From the NCBI GenBank assembly GCA_017442225.1, contig JAFSAR010000010.1:30306-94305 (forward strand): a stretch of 64,000 bases of DNA, written 5' to 3'. The notes beneath the pieces were generated by a model. That model was not told the origin of the DNA, made no database searches, and saw only the letters and a list, made by a program, of their open reading frames with translations. Origin of the DNA: Clostridia bacterium (GTDB lineage: Bacteria; Bacillota; Clostridia; Oscillospirales; Acutalibacteraceae). Below are positions 57,807 to 64,000 of the stretch, in pieces (the first letter of the stretch is position 1; each line of letters begins with the position of its first letter). A program made the translations under genes and the position numbers.

Positions 57807-58733
57807 ATGAATAATTTAAAAATTTTGGTTGTTATGGGTGGTACCTCTTCAGAACGCGAAGTTTCACTTCGTAGCGGACAAGCGGTATATGATGCACTAG
57901 TGCGAGTAGGCTATAATGTTGAAAAATTTATTCTTAATGAAAATAATGTTTGTGGAATCATAGATATTAAGCCTGATTTATGCGTATTAGCATTGCATGG
58001 TAAGGGCGGTGAAGATGGTACGATTCAGGGTATGCTTGAGCTCGCCGGTATTAAATACACAGGTTCTGGAATAGCAAGTAGCGCTAATTGTATGAATAAA
58101 ATTCTTACTAAAAAATTATTGCAAATTAATGGAATACCTACACCACAATACGCTGTTATTAATAAAGGTGAAAATGTTATTGACTTTGTTGATTATATAC
58201 TTACAAAATTTGATTTTCCCCTTGTGGTTAAAGCACCGTGTCAAGGCTCTAGTGTAGGTGTTGAAATAGCTCACAATAAAGAACTACTTATAAAATCAAT
58301 TGAAAATAACATTGATTATGATGGTGAAATTCTTATAGAAGAGTTTATAAATGGTACTGAACTTACTGTTCCTGTTATGCGTGAAAATAACAATGTTATT
58401 TCGCTACCAATAGTTGAAATTGTTTCTGAAAATTCTTTTTATGATTTCGAATCAAAATATACAACCGGAATGAGTCGTCACATCATACCGGCAAGAATTT
58501 CTAATGATGCAAGTGATAAAATAAATAAATATGCTATAGATGCATATAAAGCCTTATCTTGCAAGGGTGTTGCACGTATTGATTTTTTTATTGACAAAGA
58601 CGATAATCCTTATGTAATAGAAATTAATACTCTTCCAGGAATGACAGCAACAAGCCTTGTTCCAGATTCGGCAAAAGCAGCCGGAATATCTTTTGATGAA
58701 CTTGTTAATATGATCGTTATGCAAGCATTATAG
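57807..58733 (+). CDS. ddl: D-alanine--D-alanine ligase (DdlB-type ATP-grasp)
   Basis: KILVVMGGTSSEREVSLRSG, LHGKGGEDGTIQG, the FYDFESKYT omega-loop region with Tyr retained and EINTLPGMT. ATG at 57807 preferred. Confidence 0.9.
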   Translation: MNNLKILVVMGGTSSEREVSLRSGQAVYDALVRVGYNVEKFILNENNVCGIIDIKPDLCVLALHGKGGEDGTIQGMLELAGIKYTGSGIASSANCMNKILTKKLLQINGIPTPQYAVINKGENVIDFVDYILTKFDFPLVVKAPCQGSSVGVEIAHNKELLIKSIENNIDYDGEILIEEFINGTELTVPVMRENNNVISLPIVEIVSENSFYDFESKYTTGMSRHIIPARISNDASDKINKYAIDAYKALSCKGVARIDFFIDKDDNPYVIEINTLPGMTATSLVPDSAKAAGISFDELVNMIVMQAL

Positions 58734-58764
58734 ATTATTTCATTGTTGACATAAGGAGATTTAT

Positions 58765-59715
58765 ATGAGTATAAAAAATTTTTTACGAAATGTATTATAT
58801 AAAAATGGTATTGGTAAATCAATATGGTATACTTTGCATACAATTAATATTAATGTTCTTCGCGTGTTACCGAATGAAACTTATTTTAAACGTGCTTACA
58901 AAAAAACGCATGGCGTAGATCCTAATTTTAAAGATCCACAAACATTTGACGAAAAGCAATTGTGGCTTAAGATGAACTATCGCAACCCGCTTTGTACAAA
59001 ATGCTCAGATAAATATCTTGTCAGAGAATACATAAAAGAGTGCGGATTAGAGCATATTCTTAATCCAATATACGGTGTGTATGATTCTGTAGATGACATA
59101 AAGTGGGAAGAACTTCCAGATAGATTTTATATTAAAGCAAATCATATGAGTGCTTGTAACGTGCGTTGTAATAATCTTGCAACATTTGAAAAAAAAACGG
59201 CTGTAAAAAAACTTGCTCGTGGTATGAAGCATGATTACTCACTTGACTCAAGAGAATGGAATTATCACGATATCGACCGTAAAATTATTGCAGAAGCAAT
59301 AATTGAAAATCAGGATGGATCTGGACTTATAGATTATCGATTTTTGTGTAGTTATGGAAATTGCGACTATCTGTTTGTTGACATTGATACTGCTGATGAA
59401 AACGGAACCCACAGAACGGATGCAAGAAGAAACGTTTACGATAAAGATTTTAATTTGATGGATGTTAAGGTTTCTAGACCTAATTTTGAACCGTCTTTTA
59501 TTTCAAAACCTAGTAACTTTGATGAAATGCTTAAATATGCTCAAATTTTAAGTAAGCCATTTCCATTTTGCAGAGTTGATTTTTATAATGTCGATGGCAA
59601 AATCATTTTTGGTGAAATAACATTTTTCCATGCAGGCGGACTCAGTAAGGTAACGCCAAAAGAATGGGAAATTAAACTTGGCGATATCATTAATCTTAAA
59701 GAGCTTTTAAAATAA
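58765..59715 (+). CDS. TupA-like ATP-grasp fold amidoligase family protein
   Basis: About 316 aa. DPQTFDEKQLWLKM, DKYLVREYI, FYIKANHMS, DYRF and CRVDFY..DGKIIFGEITF match the TupA-like ATP-grasp family layout as I remember it. Confidence 0.7.
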   Translation: MSIKNFLRNVLYKNGIGKSIWYTLHTININVLRVLPNETYFKRAYKKTHGVDPNFKDPQTFDEKQLWLKMNYRNPLCTKCSDKYLVREYIKECGLEHILNPIYGVYDSVDDIKWEELPDRFYIKANHMSACNVRCNNLATFEKKTAVKKLARGMKHDYSLDSREWNYHDIDRKIIAEAIIENQDGSGLIDYRFLCSYGNCDYLFVDIDTADENGTHRTDARRNVYDKDFNLMDVKVSRPNFEPSFISKPSNFDEMLKYAQILSKPFPFCRVDFYNVDGKIIFGEITFFHAGGLSKVTPKEWEIKLGDIINLKELLK

Positions 59716-59729
59716 AATCGGAGTTAATT

Positions 59730-60839
59730 ATGGTTAGAATTTTACATGTGGTTGGCACTATGGATTTGGGTGGTGCCGAGACCTTTATTATGAACTTGTA
59801 TAGAAAAATTGATCGCGAGAAGGTTCAATTTGATTTTTTATGTCATAATCGTATTGAAGCCAAATATACAGATGAGATTTTGTCTATGGGTGGCAAAATG
59901 TATATGGTAGAGGGTATATCTCACGTAGGTTTTTTAAAATATGAAAAGAGTTTATACAACTTTTTTAAATCGCACCCCGAATACCAGGTTGTTCACTCGC
60001 ATCAAAACGATTTAAACGGTCTTATTTTAAAGCAGGCGGCACGTGCAGGCGTAAAGGTGCGTGTTTCACATTCTCATACTGAATATCATTACAAAAGTTT
60101 TCAAAGAAAGGCTTTGTTTGCCTTTTTTAAGTATAATGTTAATCGCTATACTACCGATGCATTTGCGTGTTCAAAGCCTTCGGGTAATATGCTATATACC
60201 GGTAAACTGAAAAAAAACTTTGACGTGATCTATAACGGTATTGATACGAATAGATTTGCTTATAGTGCTGAAAAAGGTCAAACGATAAAAGATGAGTTTA
60301 ACCTCAGCAATGGGCCGATAATTGGACATGTTGGTAGATTTGCACCCGTTAAAAATCATACGTTTATAATTGATATTTTTAATGAGTTTTTAAAGCTTTA
60401 TCCTAATGCAAAACTTGTGTTAGTGGGTACAGGAGACACACTTGTTCAAACAAAAGATAAGGTAAAGACTCTGGGTATTGAGAAAAGTATTTTGTTTTTA
60501 GGCTTAAGGACAGATGTTGACAGTATTTTAAGTGCTATAAATATATTTTTATTTCCTTCTATCCACGAGGGATTGCCGTTGTCTGTTGTCGAGGCACAGT
60601 GTTCGGGGCTAAAGGTTATTACTTCTGATACAATATCAGAGGATACAGTTATTACCGATTTAATAACACGTATGCCTTTAAGCTGTTCTGCAAAGCAATG
60701 GGCAGAAAAGCTAGACGAACTTTACGTTAATTCAAAATCTGTAGATAGAAGTATATATGCAAATGTAGTTAACAATGCAGGTTTTGGCTCAAAGCAAATT
60801 GCAAAAACTTTGGTTGATAGATATTTAAAAAAGTTATAA
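59730..60839 (+). CDS. Glycosyltransferase family 4 (EpsF-like, GT-B)
   Basis: RILHVVGTMDLGGAETFIMNLYR N-terminus and EGLPLSVVEAQCSGLKVITSD. Confidence 0.88.
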   Translation: MVRILHVVGTMDLGGAETFIMNLYRKIDREKVQFDFLCHNRIEAKYTDEILSMGGKMYMVEGISHVGFLKYEKSLYNFFKSHPEYQVVHSHQNDLNGLILKQAARAGVKVRVSHSHTEYHYKSFQRKALFAFFKYNVNRYTTDAFACSKPSGNMLYTGKLKKNFDVIYNGIDTNRFAYSAEKGQTIKDEFNLSNGPIIGHVGRFAPVKNHTFIIDIFNEFLKLYPNAKLVLVGTGDTLVQTKDKVKTLGIEKSILFLGLRTDVDSILSAINIFLFPSIHEGLPLSVVEAQCSGLKVITSDTISEDTVITDLITRMPLSCSAKQWAEKLDELYVNSKSVDRSIYANVVNNAGFGSKQIAKTLVDRYLKKL

Positions 60840-60854
60840 GGAGCGAAATTAATA

Positions 60855-61721
60855 ATGCGACTTGGGCAAATAGTTTGGCAACTTGCTATTAGAAAGTTGC
60901 CTCAAGGCGCCATTTTGACAGATAAAAAGACACCATTTATAGCAGTACCAAATCCAATTGGAATGTGGGCTGCAGATCCATTTATTTTAGAAAAAGATAA
61001 TAAGGTCTATATTTTTGCTGAGTTGTTTTCTTTGTCACAATGGCGCGGAAAGTTAGGCTATTGTGTTTATGAAAACAATAAATTCTCAAAATGGAATATA
61101 ATTTTTGATGATGAACACCACTATTCGTATCCTAATGTGTTCGAAAAAAACGGTGAAATTTTTATGATGCCCGAAACAGGTTCTATAAACGAGATTGCTA
61201 TTTACAAAGCCGTTGATTTTCCGTCAAAATGGGAAAAACAGTCAGTGATTTTAAGCGGTGAAAAAATGGTTGATTCAGTTTTTATATCTGATGATACTAT
61301 TTTAAGTTATAAAATGTTTGGCAATTTTAAAAATCATCTTGTTTTACTTAAAAAAGAAAATAATGATTGGTATCAGGTTGCAAACATTGTTGATAGTCAG
61401 GAGATTAAGCGTCCGGCAGGTAAGATTTTTTCATGCGGAGCAGGCTTTGTCAGACCTGCGCAAGATGGTCGTAGTTTATATGGCGGAGCAATTAAGTTTT
61501 TTGATTGCGGTGACATAGCAAATGATATTAATAGCGAAAAAGAAATTCTTGATTTGCAACCTTGTGAAATTGTTGTTAAAAATTTAAATAAAGAATTTGT
61601 TGGTACACATACATACAATTCCATTTCTAACTTTGAAATTGTTGATGTCCAATATTACAAGTTTTCGTTTATTGGCTTGTTCAAAAGAATTTTTATAAAA
61701 TTATCAAAACGCAGGAGATAA
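60855..61721 (+). CDS. Hypothetical protein, possibly a beta-propeller (GH43/GINT1 N-terminal-like) fold
   Basis: WAADPFIL..K.YIFAE and YPNVFEKNGEIFMMPE resemble glycoside hydrolase-like propeller blades. The assignment is weak. Confidence 0.4.
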   Translation: MRLGQIVWQLAIRKLPQGAILTDKKTPFIAVPNPIGMWAADPFILEKDNKVYIFAELFSLSQWRGKLGYCVYENNKFSKWNIIFDDEHHYSYPNVFEKNGEIFMMPETGSINEIAIYKAVDFPSKWEKQSVILSGEKMVDSVFISDDTILSYKMFGNFKNHLVLLKKENNDWYQVANIVDSQEIKRPAGKIFSCGAGFVRPAQDGRSLYGGAIKFFDCGDIANDINSEKEILDLQPCEIVVKNLNKEFVGTHTYNSISNFEIVDVQYYKFSFIGLFKRIFIKLSKRRR

Positions 61722-61724
61722 TTT

Positions 61725-62810
61725 ATGAATATATGCTTTTTTACCGGAAATATGGGCAACGGTGGTGGTACTGAAAAAATGACTCAGCTACTATCGTCTG
61801 AATTTTGTGAAAACCAAAATGACAACATTTTTGTTCTTACAAAATCGAACATAAAAATAGAACCGTATTTTACACTCGACGAAGATGTAAAATACAGTAT
61901 TTTAGATAACGGTAAATATGTTAAGATTTTTTCTTTGATTAAAGATGTTTTTTTGCTTGCAAAATATATTAAAAATAATAATATTGATGTTTTAATCAAC
62001 GTTGATGTTTCTTTAGGCGTTTTTTCTTTACCGCTAAAAATTCTTTGTCCCAAACTTAAGCAAATTTATTGGGAGCACTTTAGTGTTTTATATAACATAA
62101 ACAATAAACGAACAAACAAGCTTAGAAAAAAAGCGTTAAAATATGGTGATGCATACGTTGTATTAACACCACAAGATGCAAATGAGCTTAAACACACGTA
62201 TAAAAAAATTAATGCTAAATTATTAGACATACCTAACATTTCTACATATCAAATATCTGATACAAAATATAATTTGGCATCCAAAACAATTTTGTCTGTT
62301 GGAAATTTAATTAAAGTAAAAGGTTTTGATTTGGCAATAGAAGCTGCTTCAAAAATTTTTGAAAAACATCCTGATTGGTGTTGGCATATCTATGGTGATG
62401 GTAGTGATGGCGATGAATTTAAACAGATGGTAAAAAATTTATCACTTGACGATAATATTAAATTCATGGGCAGAACAAACAATTTAACAAAGGCTTATTC
62501 TGAATCAGCAATTTTTGTCTTGCCATCACGAAGTGAAGGTTTTGGACTTGTGCTTATAGAAGCACAGTCGTATCACATACCAACAGTTGCTTTTGATGTA
62601 CCTTTTGGTCCAAGAAACGTTATAACCAATGGTGTTAACGGATTTCTTGTTGAACCTTTTGATACCGATAGTTTAGCAGAAAATGTTTGTAAACTGATAG
62701 AAGATGATAATTTTAGAACAACCTTTTCTGATAATGCTTCAAAGGATCTATATAAATATCAAGCTGATGTTGTTTCAAAGCAGTGGCAAAATTTATTACA
62801 ACAAATATAA
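61725..62810 (+). CDS. Glycosyltransferase family 4 (GT-B)
   Basis: PSRSEGFGLVLIEAQSYHIPTVAFD..GP E(x7)E motif. Confidence 0.88.
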   Translation: MNICFFTGNMGNGGGTEKMTQLLSSEFCENQNDNIFVLTKSNIKIEPYFTLDEDVKYSILDNGKYVKIFSLIKDVFLLAKYIKNNNIDVLINVDVSLGVFSLPLKILCPKLKQIYWEHFSVLYNINNKRTNKLRKKALKYGDAYVVLTPQDANELKHTYKKINAKLLDIPNISTYQISDTKYNLASKTILSVGNLIKVKGFDLAIEAASKIFEKHPDWCWHIYGDGSDGDEFKQMVKNLSLDDNIKFMGRTNNLTKAYSESAIFVLPSRSEGFGLVLIEAQSYHIPTVAFDVPFGPRNVITNGVNGFLVEPFDTDSLAENVCKLIEDDNFRTTFSDNASKDLYKYQADVVSKQWQNLLQQI

Positions 62811-62851
62811 ACAATTTATTCACAATTGCAATTTTAGAAGGTTAATTTAGT

Positions 62852-63868
62852 ATGAATGCACCCTTGGTATCGATAATAATACCGATGTATAACTCACAAG
62901 ATAAAATTAATAAATGTATTAATAGTGTTGTTAAACAAACGTATAAAAAAATAGAAATATTATTGGTTAATGATGGTTCGACCGATAATTCTTTATCAAT
63001 ATGCAATGATATTGCGAAAGCTGATAATCGTATAAAAATTATTGATATTGAAAATCAAGGCGTAAGTGTTGCAAGAAACATAGGAATTCAACAGGCCAAA
63101 GGTGACTATATAATGTTTGTTGACAGCGATGATTATGTTGAAAATACTATTGTCGAAAAGCTGTTAAATAATTTAATTGAAAATGATGCTGATATCAGTC
63201 AATGTGGTTGCAATGTTGCAAATAATAACGGTAAAATTTTAAAAACTTATAATGTTCCTTATTATAATATATTAAATAGGGAAGAAATAATTAAAAAAAT
63301 AGTACTACCATTATTTGGGAAAATTAAGGTTGATTCTGTCGCTATACAAGGCTTTTGTGTCTGTAAATTATTTAAAAAAGATATAATCAATAATATTAGA
63401 TTTAATGTTGAGCAAAGAATATATCAAGATCGTTGCTTTAATATTGATGCATATTTAAATGCACAAAAAACAAGCTTTATTGACGAGCAGTTGTATTATT
63501 ATGTTGTAAATTCCACATCATCTACTCAACGTAAACGTGACGATATTTGGAAACAGTGTACAATTTTGATTGATGCCTTAAACAGTAGAATCGGCTTGCT
63601 TTCAGGTGATTTTAACAGTGAGTTAAAATCACGTATTCATAAAACTGCTTCCACAAGGTTAGTATATGTTACAAGGCATATTTTTAAATATCAATCGGAA
63701 AAAGGCATATTAAATGCGGTTCGGTTTGTTAAACAAATGCGACAAAATTTCATGTTCGATAAAGGAGTATTAAATCCTGATTTGGGATTTGTTTTTAGTG
63801 TATTATCAAAATTATTACATTATAGGCTTTATTTTTTAGCTGTTTTAGTTTCAAAAATTGCAGGTTGA
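62852..63868 (+). CDS. Glycosyltransferase family 2
   Basis: VSIIIPMYNSQDKINKCINSVVKQTY..ILLVNDGSTDNS and DSDD. Confidence 0.88.
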   Translation: MNAPLVSIIIPMYNSQDKINKCINSVVKQTYKKIEILLVNDGSTDNSLSICNDIAKADNRIKIIDIENQGVSVARNIGIQQAKGDYIMFVDSDDYVENTIVEKLLNNLIENDADISQCGCNVANNNGKILKTYNVPYYNILNREEIIKKIVLPLFGKIKVDSVAIQGFCVCKLFKKDIINNIRFNVEQRIYQDRCFNIDAYLNAQKTSFIDEQLYYYVVNSTSSTQRKRDDIWKQCTILIDALNSRIGLLSGDFNSELKSRIHKTASTRLVYVTRHIFKYQSEKGILNAVRFVKQMRQNFMFDKGVLNPDLGFVFSVLSKLLHYRLYFLAVLVSKIAG

Positions 63869-63888
63869 TTAATTAAAGGAGCGTTTTT

Positions 63889-64000
63889 ATGAATCAAACG
63901 ATTCGTCTTGAAGGTGAGTTGTTAAAAAGTGTGCAGCAGACTGAACTTTCTATATTAAAAGATGTTGCTGATTTTTGCGAAGAAAAGGGTATTAATTATT
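63889..64000 (+). CDS. LicD-family phosphotransferase, N-terminal fragment (runs off the right edge)
   Basis: LKSVQQTELSILKDVADFCEEKGINY matches the LicD N-terminal block (LQ..EL.IL..F...C.K..I.Y). AAAGGAG RBS. Confidence 0.6.
   Translation, partial: MNQTIRLEGELLKSVQQTELSILKDVADFCEEKGINY

Noticed and set aside
45439-58733. A vanH/vanA/murF-type glycopeptide-resistance interpretation of the D-2-hydroxyacid dehydrogenase, Ddl and MurF-like genes
   Set aside because: There is no VanX/VanY dipeptidase. The genes are dispersed among glycosyltransferases. The Ddl keeps the omega-loop Tyr characteristic of D-Ala-D-Ala ligases. The nearby two-component system (37-40 kb) is separated by unrelated genes and terminators.
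1-64000. A scan for CRISPR arrays, IS elements/transposases, prophage modules, toxin-antitoxin pairs and known defence-system signatures
   Set aside because: I recognised no regularly spaced direct repeats, no transposase- or phage-like ORFs and no nuclease, helicase or methylase clusters. The accessory character is confined to the glycan locus.

Overview
This is a chromosomal segment from a low-GC, endospore-forming Firmicute, Clostridia-like on the evidence of spoIVA with a sigma-E-like promoter and rplS-lepB-rbgA-rnhB-yraN synteny. I saw no rRNA, CRISPR array, IS element or prophage.

Positions 1-43.9 kb are mostly housekeeping and metabolic genes:
- rsmD (partial), a sigma-70/ECF-type factor with a long C-terminal extension, thrC, tig-clpP-clpX and nnr.
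- A PqqD-like protein plus ABC exporter pair.
- A Crp/Fnr-led NitT/TauT-type ABC importer.
- A DivIVA-like gene coupled to an orphan fumarate hydratase beta-type gene, and GTP-dependent PEP carboxykinase.
- An acyl-CoA synthetase-iorAB-paaK-ACT operon divergent from a Na+/solute symporter.
- tRNA-Ser(GGA), spoIVA, a tyrosine recombinase, an OmpR/HK pair, an amidase and putP.

From about 43.9 kb to the window end there is one co-directional, visibly more AT-rich surface-glycan operon of at least 20 genes. It encodes a PglC-type initiating transferase, five glycosyltransferases, an EpsG/Wzy-like polymerase, an O-acyltransferase, a TviB/TviC-like UDP-HexNAc uronic acid pair and a partial LicD.

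The most unusual content is five ATP-dependent carboxylate-amine ligase-type genes embedded in that operon. They are a MurF-like Mur ligase, a Ddl-type D-Ala-D-Ala ligase, two AsnB-fold PP-loop enzymes with degenerate or absent glutaminase nucleophile context, and a TupA-like ATP-grasp. An HpcH-aldolase and D-2-hydroxyacid dehydrogenase module sits alongside them. I infer an amino-acid- or peptide-decorated uronic acid polymer made by an undescribed route.

A second notable signal is a 12-bp palindrome, C(A/G)CTTTAAAGTG. It sits at the same position in the spacers of two divergent promoters and recurs upstream of putP.

All family calls come from motif recognition by eye. No searches were run.
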